A stretch of DNA of 64,000 nt, taken from Vulcanimicrobiota bacterium. Lineage in GTDB: Bacteria > Vulcanimicrobiota > Vulcanimicrobiia > Vulcanimicrobiales > Vulcanimicrobiaceae. A program made the position numbers and the translations under genes. Below are positions 1-9,524 of this stretch, one piece after another. The notes beneath the pieces were generated by a model. The model was not told the origin of the DNA. It saw only the letters and a list, made by a program, of their open reading frames with translations, and did not search any database. The first letter of the stretch is position 1, and each line of letters opens with the position of its first letter. The stretch is from positions 160,001 through 224,000 of the forward strand of contig CAWHWQ010000003.1 of assembly GCA_963833095.1 (NCBI GenBank). The letters run 5' to 3'.

Positions 1-301
1 CTTCGGCCGGAAGCAGCTCCATCTTCGGACGGTCGACCGGCAACAATTCGTGTTCCCGAACGGCGCGCGCATAGACCTCGGGGACGACGTCCTCGAGCGC
101 CTCGCTGGCAATCGTCTCCGACCCATAGGTCTGCTCGAAGACTTTGCGCGGCACTTTCCCGGCCCGGAAGCCGGGCAGCTTCACATTCTTGGCTAGCCGG
201 CGGAACGCGCGCTCTTGCGCTGCGGCTAACTCTTCGGGGGTGATCGGGATCTCCAACTCCACCTGCGTTGGGGCAAGGCGGGTCAGCGTCGAGGTGCTCA
301 C
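1..301 (-). CDS. tig: Trigger factor, N-terminal part (runs off window)
   Basis: Manual translation from GTG at 301: MSTSTLTRLAPTQVELEIPITPEELAAAQERAFRRLAKNVKLPGFRAGKVPRKVFEQTYG, containing the ribosome-binding GFRxGKVP signature. Confidence 0.93.
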   Translation of the reverse strand, partial: MSTSTLTRLAPTQVELEIPITPEELAAAQERAFRRLAKNVKLPGFRAGKVPRKVFEQTYGSETIASEALEDVVPEVYARAVREHELLPVDRPKMELLPAE

Positions 302-394
302 GGGTCGCAACGTTCCTTCTGCATTGATTTGGTTGCACAGGACAATAGGAAGGGGCGCTTCGGCGCTACTGCGCCCGCGCCCCGTGTAATCGCG

Positions 395-449
395 ATCCCG
401 ATTCGGCTCGGGACCTTGGTTTGTTTACGGTCCCGGCCGAACCGGGTTC
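395..449. repeat. Long imperfect inverted repeat downstream of tRNA-Gly (terminator or processing stem)
   Basis: CCCGATTCGGCTCGGGACC ... GGTCCCGGCCGAACCGGG. Confidence 0.55.
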
Positions 450-467
450 ACTATTCTGAAAAATATG

Positions 468-542
468 TGGAGCGGAAGACGAGATTCGAACTCGCGACCC
501 TCGCCTTGGCAAGGCGATGCTCTACCACTGAGCTACTTCCGC
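468..542 (-). tRNA. tRNA-Gly (GCC), CCA encoded
   Basis: GCGGAAGTAGCTCAGTGGTAGAGCATCGCCTTGCCAAGGCGAGGGTCGCGAGTTCGAATCTCGTCTTCCGCTCCA folds as a cloverleaf. Confidence 0.97.
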
Positions 543-715
543 ATATCGTTCGAGCTCGAATTCGTTCGGTTCGGAGACGCTCGTCGCGAGCCATCCGGGC
601 TCGCTCCTGCTCCGCTGCCTCCTCGCTCTCGCCATCGTGGCTTCGCTCGCCGGTCAGAGGCTCCTCACCGAACCAATCCTAGCTCTCGCTAGAAACACAT
701 TTGTCTTGGCGACCT

Positions 716-797
716 TGGGCAAGCAGAGACTCGAACTCTGACGGGTTGCCCCACTGGAACCTAAATCCAGCGCGTCTGCCAGTTCCGCCACTTGCCC
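716..797 (-). tRNA. tRNA-Leu (TAG), no encoded CCA
   Basis: GGGCAAGTGGCGGAACTGGCAGACGCGCTGGATTTAGGTTCCAGTGGGGCAACCCGTCAGAGTTCGAGTCTCTGCTTGCCCA; long variable arm; TATACT -10-like hexamer at 830-835. Confidence 0.95.
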
Positions 798-860
798 TTG
801 GACAGCCGTCCGCGATGCGGCGACCGCTTAGTATAGAACGCGCTCCCCATATTTCCTCCC

Positions 861-1805
861 TTATACGGGTGCGGGCTCTTCGAGGAGCGTTCCACCCTGG
901 ACGATCGGCGCGCGCACCGTCGATTCGTCGACGCTGCGCAGATTCTCAAAGCGCAGCGCCGTCTCCGCATAGATCTCGCCACCGGTGGACATCGGCGCTA
1001 ACGCGTCCTCTTCACGAACGTAATGTGCGCCCGCGACATCGTCAAAGTGGATCGTCCAAGCAACGTTTGTACCGGGGCCGCTCGTGAAGTTCAAGGCATC
1101 TTCGAGTTGCCAGGGCGCAAAGGTCTGCTCGTCGATCCAGGCCTGGCGGATCCGATAGCGACCGGGGTCGCGTGTCGGTGTCAATCCGAGATGATAGCAA
1201 ACATGTCCGTCGATCGTATCCGTACCGATCAACGTGATCGTGTAGTCGCGGTTGTGCGCATACACGGTCGCAATCTCTTCCAAACTGTTCGGCGTGGGCG
1301 ATGGTGTCGGGGTGGCACGCGGATTTGGATCGTGAAACTCTTTGCGGATCTGCGCCACCAACGCTGCAGAGTTAAACGGCGTTGGTGTTGGTGCCGGCAC
1401 GAACGGCGCCATCCCGAATGAATAATTCGGCGCCAGATATGGAACGCCGAGGAAGTCGATCGGGGGCACCGGCTTGTTCAGACGAAAGCCGAGAATACCC
1501 AGGTTGATACCCTTTGCGACGGTGGGATGTGCGCGCTCATAGTCGCTCACCGGATCCAGGTGCGGAATGCCGCTGACCGCGTCGTACTCTGCGGCGTAGC
1601 GTTCGACGCGCTCGTGGCCGCCCTCCGTGACATCGACGGCGATGTCGTAATCGAGCAGCATGGGATAGCTCTGCTCCTGCCAGTACGCGCGCGCGTTGGC
1701 AAAGATCTCATAGGGATCGGGTGCCGCCGACGCGCGCGGCGCAGCCAGCGCACAGAGCGTTGCGAGCGCCGCGAGAACCACGACGCCGTTACGCGTGAGG
1801 GGCAC
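861..1805 (-). CDS. Secreted hypothetical protein (possible lipoprotein-sorting/LolA-like C-terminal fold)
   Basis: 314 aa ORF, signal peptide ending ASA-A, Pro/Thr linkers, DTIDGHVCYHLGLTP segment. Confidence 0.7.
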   Translation of the reverse strand: MPLTRNGVVVLAALATLCALAAPRASAAPDPYEIFANARAYWQEQSYPMLLDYDIAVDVTEGGHERVERYAAEYDAVSGIPHLDPVSDYERAHPTVAKGINLGILGFRLNKPVPPIDFLGVPYLAPNYSFGMAPFVPAPTPTPFNSAALVAQIRKEFHDPNPRATPTPSPTPNSLEEIATVYAHNRDYTITLIGTDTIDGHVCYHLGLTPTRDPGRYRIRQAWIDEQTFAPWQLEDALNFTSGPGTNVAWTIHFDDVAGAHYVREEDALAPMSTGGEIYAETALRFENLRSVDESTVRAPIVQGGTLLEEPAPV

Positions 1806-2688
1806 TCGTTACCGGTTGATTGTTTGCGCTCAGTGCGAGATACGCGCCGACAACGTCGCGATCGCCAAGACCCGCTTGCAACGCGCTGTCCCATTGCGCC
1901 CCAATCGCTTGCACCATCGGCAGCCGTTGGTGCGCGAGATTTGCGGCATCGAGCGCGAGGTGAAGGTCCTTCGCCGCTAGGGCCAGCGCAAAGTCGGCAT
2001 CGAACGCGCTGCGCTCGATCTTCTCGAGTTTGGCCAGCGCCCAAGGTGCGCCCAGCGCGGTCGAGCCGAGACACCCCGACACGTCGTCGAGCGAAACATC
2101 CAGCGACTGCGCCAGTCGCGCGGTTTCCGCGATGCCTTCGCCAAGGACCGCGAGCCACGTGTTGAGCACAACCTTCATACGAGAGCCGCTTCCGACGAGT
2201 TCCCATCGCATCGTCTTTTGCCCCAACGCCGAGAACACGGGCGCGAGCGCATCCAGCGCCGTAGCCGGTCCTGACGCGAGGATCAACAGCTTTCCTTGTT
2301 CGGCCGGCACCTTTGAGCCCGATACCGGTGCATCGACGAACACGATGTCCGGCCGGCGTTCCTTGGCAAGCGCAAATGCGCGCTGGGTCCCCTCGACACC
2401 GATCGTGCTCATCTGCAGCCATATCGAGCCGGGGCGCATCGCCGGCAACACTCCCGGCATGGTCTCCTCGATCGAAGCGATCGTCGGTACCATCGTGAGG
2501 ACGACGTCGGCGTCGCGAACCGCGTCCTCGGGTGTCGCACCCGCCGTAGCGCCCACATCTGCGAGGCGGGCGGCTGACGCCGGAGTCGGATCCCACACGC
2601 TCACTCGCATTCCCGCGCCGAGCAGCCTCCGCGCGAATGCCGACCCCATCGTGCCCGTGCCCAGAACGGCAATGGTTTGAATGCTCAT
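1789..2688 (-). CDS. NAD(P)-dependent oxidoreductase, 3-hydroxyisobutyrate dehydrogenase family
   Basis: GTGTMG Rossmann motif, DAPVSGS motif, catalytic Lys in MKVVLN. Confidence 0.9.
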   Translation of the reverse strand: MSIQTIAVLGTGTMGSAFARRLLGAGMRVSVWDPTPASAARLADVGATAGATPEDAVRDADVVLTMVPTIASIEETMPGVLPAMRPGSIWLQMSTIGVEGTQRAFALAKERRPDIVFVDAPVSGSKVPAEQGKLLILASGPATALDALAPVFSALGQKTMRWELVGSGSRMKVVLNTWLAVLGEGIAETARLAQSLDVSLDDVSGCLGSTALGAPWALAKLEKIERSAFDADFALALAAKDLHLALDAANLAHQRLPMVQAIGAQWDSALQAGLGDRDVVGAYLALSANNQPVTSAPHA

Positions 2689-2718
2689 CTCACGCTACCT
2701 CGTCGTGACATTGTAGCG

Positions 2719-2757
2719 CAAAAAGGCCCGCGGCTTTCCAAGCAACCACGGACCTTG
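2719..2757 (-). terminator. Intrinsic terminator after tRNA-Lys pair
   Basis: Minus strand AAGGTCCGTGGTT-loop-AGCCGCGGGCC followed by a T run. Confidence 0.6.
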
Positions 2758-2760
2758 AAT

Positions 2761-2835
<75 letters not shown>

Positions 2836-2842
2836 AAGCTTT

Positions 2843-2915
2843 TGCGCCCTCCGGGACTCGAACCCGGGACCAACGGATTAAAAGTCCGCTGCTCTACCGA
2901 CTGAGCTAAAGGCGC
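2843..2915 (-). tRNA. tRNA-Lys (TTT)
   Basis: GCGCCTTTAGCTCAGTCGGTAGAGCAGCGGACTTTTAATCCGTTGGTCCCGGGTTCGAGTCCCGGAGGGCGCA. Confidence 0.96.
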
Positions 2916-3023
2916 TTATTCCGCCTCCCGCTCCGCGGTCGGTCGCACATCCTGTGCTCGGAAATTGTTGCCGCTTCCTGCGGCAACGTTCCCGCATCCC
3001 GCGGAAACGCTTAGGACCAGGGC

Positions 3024-3052
3024 ATTGTAGCGTTAGCGGCCCCGGTTCGCAA
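3024..3052 (-). promoter_or_regulatory. Sigma70-type promoter for the tRNA-Lys pair
   Basis: Minus strand TTGCGA-17 nt-TACAAT. Confidence 0.7.
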
Positions 3053-3056
3053 CCCC

Positions 3057-5851
3057 TTACGCCGATGCGGAGCGCGCGATGCGCCCGAGCACGTCGGGAT
3101 AACGTTCGCTGATCTCCACCGGCGTAAGTGCCGGCGCGAAAAGAAAACCTTGCCCAAGCCGGCAACCGGCATTGCGCAACAGCTCGCACTGCTCCGCGGT
3201 CTCCACACCTTCGGCGACAATCGCGTACGTCGTAGGCTTCCGCCAGCGAGATCAACGTTCGCACGATCGGCTCGCTGGCCAACCTTCCATCGAGCCGCTC
3301 ACGAACGACCGCGTCGATCTTGATCGCGTCGACCTCAAACTGCTGCAAATATCGCAGCGACGAATATCCGGTTCCGAAGTCATCGATGCAGATCTTGAAC
3401 CCGCGTTCGCGCATGCGCCCGATAGTCGTGAGTTTGCGCGCGTCGCCGCATCGAGCACGACGCTCTCGGTGATCTCGAGCGTCAAACTCGGACGGATCGA
3501 GCCCATGATGCTCGACAATTTGCACCAACGTTCGTTCGAAGTCGGGATCGCTGAGCTCGCTTGCCGAGACGTTGACGTGCATCCCGAAGTTTAGGCGTTC
3601 CGTGTCGATTGCGTTTCCAGGCCGCGACCTGCTCGGATGCCGTCTGCAGCACGAAGCGCCCGAGGGTTACCGCAAGCCCGGTCTGTTCGGCCAGTCGGGA
3701 TGAATTCGCTCGGTGAAAGGAGGCCGCGCGTCGGGTGATCCCAGCGGATCAGCGCCTCGCACGCCAGACCGCGCGCCGTCGTGAAGCGCAACGATCGGCT
3801 GATACAGCATGCGAAATTCGCGTCGCTCCAGCTCCCAGACGCAAATCGCTAATGAGCTGCAGCCGCTTCTCGGCCCGCTGGTGCATGGTGGAATCGAAGA
3901 GTGCGAACCGCGCGCCACCGCTCGATTTAGCGTGCTGCATGGCGATCTCCGCATCGCGCGTCACGTCCTCGGCACGCTCGTATGCTCGACGATCCGACGG
4001 CGATTCCGATGCTTGCGCTGATAAAGATCGAGCGTGAGCCGATCTGGATCGATTTAGAAAGGTTGTTCAGAATGCGACGCGCGATCGATTCGACGTGAAT
4101 AATGTCGCCGAGCGACGCGAGGAGCACCGCAAACTCATCGCCCCCCAAGCGCGCCACGATGTCGCGCGCATCGACCGCCGAGCGCAGACGCCCGCGCAAT
4201 CTGCGTGAGGACGACGTCGCCTGCAGCGTGACCGAGCGATTCATTGACTCCTTGAAATGCTCCAAGTCGATGAATAATACTGCGAAGAACGAGTCGAGCA
4301 ATGCACCCGCTTCCGCGAAACGCCGCGCAGACAATCCTCGAACAACGCGCGGTTTGGCAGTCCGGTAAGTCCGTCATGCGTTTTCTGTGCTGGATTCGCC
4401 GCTCGCTGTGCTTGAGTTCGGTCTTATCGCGGAACATACAGATGGCAAAGCGCGCATGTTTGTTCTCGTCATTGACGATCGAGACGGTTGCGTCGGTCCA
4501 GACTTCTTGGCCGGACGCGGAACGCGCCTGCTGCTCGAATTCGAACGTCTCGCGTTCGCCCGCCGCAGAGCGACTCGAGCTCTTGCTGCGTGTCCTTCGA
4601 TCGCGGTCACGATCGTATCGCCGAACATCGTGCGATAGACGTCGTTTGCGTCCATAACGTTACCGGTACGATCGACCACCGCAATGCCGATTGCCGCGCC
4701 GTCGAAGACAGTGCGAAACTGGGCTTCGGTCAACCGTAGTGCTTCTTCGGCGTCTTGACGCGCAAGCTCCGCCTGGAGACGCGCAGCCTCTCGAAGCGCC
4801 TCGCGCAAAAGTGCGCGATCGCGACGCGCGATCAATTGCGCGACGGTTACCATTATCCCGACGACTAAAATCGCGCCGAGCACGAAGGCCAGATATAAGT
4901 AGCGATTCCGCTCCGCCTGAATCCGCCCGCGCGCTGCTAAGCTGGCGTCGAGCATCCTTCCTGAAAGCGCGTACACCGCTTTGGTAGCGTCGATCGCGCG
5001 AGCAGCGCTCTGATGGAGTACCGCGGCAGAGATCATCGGCCTTGGCTGGAGCATGACGTTGTGAACGACCAGGTCGAGGAAGCCTTCGCCGGCTGCGTCC
5101 ATCCGTTGCGCGAGCGCCGGGATGGCTTCCCATTGCGCGCGTTGGCCCGGCGCCAGTTCATTGAGGTTCGTGACGGCAGCCGGAAGCTGGTCCCGCGAGA
5201 GGTCAAAGGACTCGCGCAGGTTCATGAGATTCCCCGCGGCATCCAGCCGTTCGGACAGGCTCATGCCGTGCTGCTGCAGCGCCAAAGCGCTGATGCTCTC
5301 CAGACGGCGCGTGCCCGAGAGGCCGGAAACAGTGCCTTGCATGTACACGTCGGCCAGGTTCTGCGCGACGGTGCTGGGATCGTAACTGAGTCCCGAGCGA
5401 TCCTCGAGCGAAGAAAGTAACTCAGCGATCGCGTTCATCGTTGGGCGCATCTTCGCAAGCGTATCGGGGCCGCCGTTGAGCACGCGAGCATTTTCCCAGG
5501 CGCGATCGATGGCGTTCCATTGCGCTTGCAGCCGGAACATCGCTGCGCTGCCGCTCACGAAGTCGCGATGTAACGCGTCCAGGCGCGCTTGCGCGAGATC
5601 GCGCTTCCGCGCAACGTCGGGCGAACGCAGCATCAATGCTTGGCGATAATCGTCGAGCGCATCGAGCGATGCCTGAATGTGGGACGTTTCGGTGACGGCG
5701 ACGCGCTCGCGCGTGAGCGAGTCGCGGCTCAGTCCAGCTTCGTTGCCGAGCCGGAAGATTTGAAAGAGCACAACGGCCAGTAAGACTCCCGCCAGCGCCG
5801 TGACGACGATGCCCAACGCATCGCTAGGGCCTGGTCTTTGACTGGCTTCAC
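3057..5851 (-). CDS. Membrane-anchored PAS-GGDEF-EAL protein (multiple frameshifts)
   Basis: Two TM segments flanking an extracytoplasmic domain, PAS (FRTVFDGAAIGIAVVD), ARLGGDEF, CEALIRW, DDFGTGYSS spread over several frames; start uncertain. Confidence 0.85.
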
Positions 5852-5920
5852 GGGTCCATCTAAAGAAGCCACGTTCTCGCTTGGGGGCCAAGCACTCCCG
5901 CCGTCGCTCAGAAAGGGAAG

Positions 5921-5949
5921 AGCCCGATCGCGATTTGCGGACGGGCTCA
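5921..5949 (-). terminator. Putative terminator after tRNA-His
   Basis: GAGCCCG...CGGGCTC stem followed by TTCCCTTTC on minus strand. Confidence 0.5.
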
Positions 5950-5958
5950 TCTATTGAT

Positions 5959-6036
5959 TGGGGTGACTGAGGGGACTCGAACCCCCGGCCTCCGGATTCA
6001 CAGACAGGCGCTCTAACCAACTGAGCTACAATCACC
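5959..6036 (-). tRNA. tRNA-His (GTG) with G-1 and CCA
   Basis: GGTGATTGTAGCTCAGTTGGTTAGAGCGCCTGTCTGTGAATCCGGAGGCCGGGGGTTCGAGTCCCCTCAGTCACCCCA. Confidence 0.93.
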
Positions 6037-6058
6037 ATATTGGCCGGGGCCGATGCTT

Positions 6059-6132
<74 letters not shown>

Positions 6133-6181
6133 ATAGTCAGCGGCGCGGGTACCCTGGCTAGGATACCACGCGCCTGCAAAT

Positions 6182-6260
6182 TGGTCGGGGCGACAGGATT
6201 TGAACCTGCGGATCCTCTCGCTCCCAAAGCGAGCGCTCTACCAAGCTGAGCTACGCCCCG
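6182..6260 (-). tRNA. tRNA-Pro (TGG), CCA encoded
   Basis: CGGGGCGTAGCTCAGCTTGGTAGAGCGCTCGCTTTGGGAGCGAGAGGATCCGCAGGTTCAAATCCTGTCGCCCCGACCA. Confidence 0.94.
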
Positions 6261-6690
6261 ATACCCTTGTCTTTATACCATCCGAAGTCAACGGCGGTCT
6301 TTCGGCGATGGCAGTTTGCACAGCGAACTACGCATTTTGCCATCTCGGCTTCTATCCGCTGCCAGCTTGCGCCCCGACCTACCAAATTACTGATGTTCGC
6401 CGTCTTGGTTCCAGGCGCGCGATCAAAGTCGAGCACCCGGATATCGCCTTCACCGCAGTCTACGCAAGGATGTTCCTTGAGGTAAGCCGTCATCAGTATA
6501 CGATTGCGCTTTTTGTATCTCCTCGTATTTACACATCGCCTACGGTTATGCAGCTCAAAGTTCGCAAATAGTGGGCACGACAGTAAATGCGTTGACATTC
6601 TCTGCAATAGGCACTCGGATTCGTTCCTTTAGGGCGTTTTGCAAATGCGTCGAGCGGCAGCACTTCCTTACACATCGGACATCTCTTCAT
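6251..6690 (-). pseudogene. HNH-type endonuclease with N-terminal Zn finger; frameshift near 6562, degenerate active site
   Basis: MKRCPMCKEVLPLDAF...YCRECQR joined out of frame to HPCVDCGE...VLDFDR...KCVVRCANCHRRKT. Confidence 0.8.
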
Positions 6691-6731
6691 GCGATGATAA
6701 TCGCATGCACGAATGCCACCTGGGTGGCAAT

Positions 6732-7589
6732 TTAAAATGCCAACGCGTGAAATCCGACGTAACGTGACAGATCGATCTGCGGCAGATCCGTCGCAAAGAT
6801 GCGAACGTGATCGAGTTGCAGTCCGATGCGCACCGCCGCGCGCATCACGCGCACGTTGCTGCCTGGCACAAGCGCTTGGCACCATGACGCACCATAGGTT
6901 CGCCGCAGCGCGACAAGAGCAAAGCCGAAGAACTGCGTCAGGTATGCGCCCGACGACGCGACCATCGGACCAATACGCCCGTCGGGCCACACATAGACGT
7001 AGCCGACACATTCATCATTGAGTAAGAGCAGCGTGCCGGTCGCGAGCTGCGCAAAGCTCGCATGATCGTTCGGCCGCGCGCTCCCGCGCGCGTCGCGGTC
7101 GAGTGAAGCCAAGAGCCCGGCATGTGCCTGCGGGTCGATCGGCATTGTCGCGAAGCGATAGTCGCCTGCCGCCATCGGCATCAGCTCTTCTTCCTTTGGA
7201 ATCTCGCCGGCGATGCGCAGCACCGGCGCGTGCAGAGCGACACCGAGCCGAAGGAAGAATGCCATGCCGTCGGTGTTGGCTACGTCGAGGAGTCCCGACC
7301 GCGAGACGTCGCCGGCGTCGCGCGCCACCTCGCGCAGAAGGCGCGATCCAATCCCCTGTCTGCGAAACGACGGCTCAACAAACAGCTCGCTGAGGAACCA
7401 CTCGTCTTCGAGCGCATGTGCAAACCCAATCGCGATCGGCGTACCTTCGTCGCGCGCGACCCACGCGCCGCGCGGCGCGCTGTCGGCGAGATTGACGTAG
7501 AGCTGCCGGCTACTCTCGTCCGGCCAGCGCCGCGCCGCGAGCGCGCGCACGTCGGCCTCGCTTGCGGCGGCAATCTGCGGCTCGGTCAT
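6732..7589 (-). CDS. GNAT family N-acetyltransferase (two-domain)
   Basis: LFVEPSFRRQGIGSRLL acetyl-CoA motif A. Confidence 0.85.
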   Translation of the reverse strand: MTEPQIAAASEADVRALAARRWPDESSRQLYVNLADSAPRGAWVARDEGTPIAIGFAHALEDEWFLSELFVEPSFRRQGIGSRLLREVARDAGDVSRSGLLDVANTDGMAFFLRLGVALHAPVLRIAGEIPKEEELMPMAAGDYRFATMPIDPQAHAGLLASLDRDARGSARPNDHASFAQLATGTLLLLNDECVGYVYVWPDGRIGPMVASSGAYLTQFFGFALVALRRTYGASWCQALVPGSNVRVMRAAVRIGLQLDHVRIFATDLPQIDLSRYVGFHALAF

Positions 7590-8179
7590 TGCGGCAGCGC
7601 ATCGAGCAGTGCACGTGCCGCTCGTCCGCGGTGGCTAAGTTGATTCTTCTCGTGCTCGGGAATCTGTCCGAACGTCTTACCGATCGGCGGATAATAAAAG
7701 AGCGGATCGTAGCCAAAGCCGTTTTCGCCGCGAAGTTCCTTCGCGATCTCGCCGCGCACGTCGCCCTGGACGACGATCTCGCGATCATCCGGCAAGATGA
7801 GCGCCATTACGCAGATGAACCGCGCACCGCGACCGCTGTCTTCGTGTGCAGCAACCTCGCGCATCATCGTTGCGAGCCGTTCCGGCCATGGCGTCCCGGC
7901 GCCCGCATACACCGCCGAATCTACCCCAGGACCGCCGCCGAGCGCGTCCAGCTCGATACCCGAATCATCTGCCAGCACCGCCACATCGCTGATCCCCGCG
8001 TCACGCAACTGCGAACGCAACGCGCGAGCTTTGAGCAGCGCGTTGTCGACGTAGCTCTCGTGCCCTTCGTCGGGATCCCGATATCCAGCGTACGTGTGGA
8101 GATCGAGCGGCGACCCCGCGAGCATCGTGCGAATCTCCGCCAGCTTCCCCTCATTTTTAGTCGCGAGGTAGGTTATCAT
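7586..8179 (-). CDS. rdgB: Non-canonical purine NTP pyrophosphatase (HAM1/RdgB)
   Basis: LATKNEGK, ADDSG, GFGYDPLF, KNQLSHRGRA motifs. Confidence 0.95.
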   Translation of the reverse strand: MITYLATKNEGKLAEIRTMLAGSPLDLHTYAGYRDPDEGHESYVDNALLKARALRSQLRDAGISDVAVLADDSGIELDALGGGPGVDSAVYAGAGTPWPERLATMMREVAAHEDSGRGARFICVMALILPDDREIVVQGDVRGEIAKELRGENGFGYDPLFYYPPIGKTFGQIPEHEKNQLSHRGRAARALLDALPQ

Positions 8180-9489
8180 TGGGAATTCCAATCTACGGAG
8201 CCGTCAGGACGAAATAGCACCGCGGTAAAGCCCTCACCGTAGCCGTAGTCACTCTTCGGAAAAACGGGAATCCGACGCGCCAAATTTGGGGGAAATGCGC
8301 TCGACACGAAGCCCGCGTCAGCTTGAGCAAGGAGCGTGTCGCCGTTCGGGAAGAGGAACCATGTTGCGACGGCATTGCCGTCCTTGACGCCGACAAACCT
8401 TGCCAGAGTCGATGATCCGAGCTCGGCACGCAGTCGCTTCGCCGTGTGAACGTAACCGTTCCTATTCATGAGTCCAGAGTATCCGCTGTCTTGACGGGCG
8501 CCCGACTGGACGTCAATGGTGTAACCATGAACCCGGCCCAAGATAGCGGTAAGGACGACCGAGTCGCCAACGGTTAGAAGCACTATCCGCTTCTCGCGCA
8601 GTAAGGCTAGAAATCGGTCCGGGTACGTCTGTCGTTCATCGTAAATACGGTACCGGATCCCCGGCGTGCCTCGGAGCGAAACAAAACCGTTCCAGAATCC
8701 TCTATCGACTCTGCATTGCGCGACGAGCATGTCCAGCGACAATGCAAGCTTTTGCGCCGCATCACATGCGACGCCGTCGCGCTCGACCGCATCGGTGACC
8801 CCGGGCCCTCGCGCGAGATCGTCTGCCCACTTGCTAACAATGGAGTCTCCGTTTAGCTCGCTTCGTAACACGGCCTCGGTCGGCAAGAGGCCGGCAATCG
8901 CTCTCGAAAGAGACGGCTCCCAAGTATGGACCAGGGAACCGTTACGCTCGATCTCTAGCGGCACGCAATAAGGCTGCTGCGATCCCGACGAAATACGAAT
9001 CACACCTGTCGGTTCGGTAACATCGATCTGGAGCTGCGGATAATAGTCACTGATTGTGACCTTCGGCAGCAGCCAGCTGCGCGCGTACCAATCGTCTAAA
9101 GCTTTCGTGTCTAAAAAGGAGTTGCTGAACACTTTCGCCGCCGATGGAATAAAGCGCGCGTCGCCTAGCGCGTATTCCGCCATGTCGGGCTCCTCTGCTC
9201 GCAGTGTGCCAGCGTCAATGGCCATTCCGCCGAAGTCGAACGTAGCCGTCGGCGGTTGCGAAAGCGCTTCCACGAACGCCGTTACGGCGTCCGCCGAAAC
9301 GCGCGTGCCGTCGGTACGCTCGAACCGTCCCAAATGGGGCGTTATCGTCGTCTGATAGTTTGCACCGGGACCAAGGCCCCCGACAGAGATCCGAATGGCG
9401 ATCGACGTGACCTCGGGTGCGTACACCGTGGGCCGTTCACCGGCGGCGATGCACAGCAAGAATGTAGTCGCGCACACGAGCGTCTTCAT
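8176..9489 (-). CDS. Secreted hypothetical protein
   Basis: 437 aa ORF with signal peptide, stop overlaps rdgB start. Confidence 0.65.
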   Translation of the reverse strand: MKTLVCATTFLLCIAAGERPTVYAPEVTSIAIRISVGGLGPGANYQTTITPHLGRFERTDGTRVSADAVTAFVEALSQPPTATFDFGGMAIDAGTLRAEEPDMAEYALGDARFIPSAAKVFSNSFLDTKALDDWYARSWLLPKVTISDYYPQLQIDVTEPTGVIRISSGSQQPYCVPLEIERNGSLVHTWEPSLSRAIAGLLPTEAVLRSELNGDSIVSKWADDLARGPGVTDAVERDGVACDAAQKLALSLDMLVAQCRVDRGFWNGFVSLRGTPGIRYRIYDERQTYPDRFLALLREKRIVLLTVGDSVVLTAILGRVHGYTIDVQSGARQDSGYSGLMNRNGYVHTAKRLRAELGSSTLARFVGVKDGNAVATWFLFPNGDTLLAQADAGFVSSAFPPNLARRIPVFPKSDYGYGEGFTAVLFRPDGSVDWNSQ

Positions 9490-9524
9490 GACGAGCTATC
9501 GATCTTCACGCCTCGCGCGTGACG

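Noticed and set aside
6040..6053. TTGGCCGGGGCCGA resembling the tRNA-Pro 3' end (possible att duplicate)
   Set aside because: Short, two differences, GC-rich, no integrase
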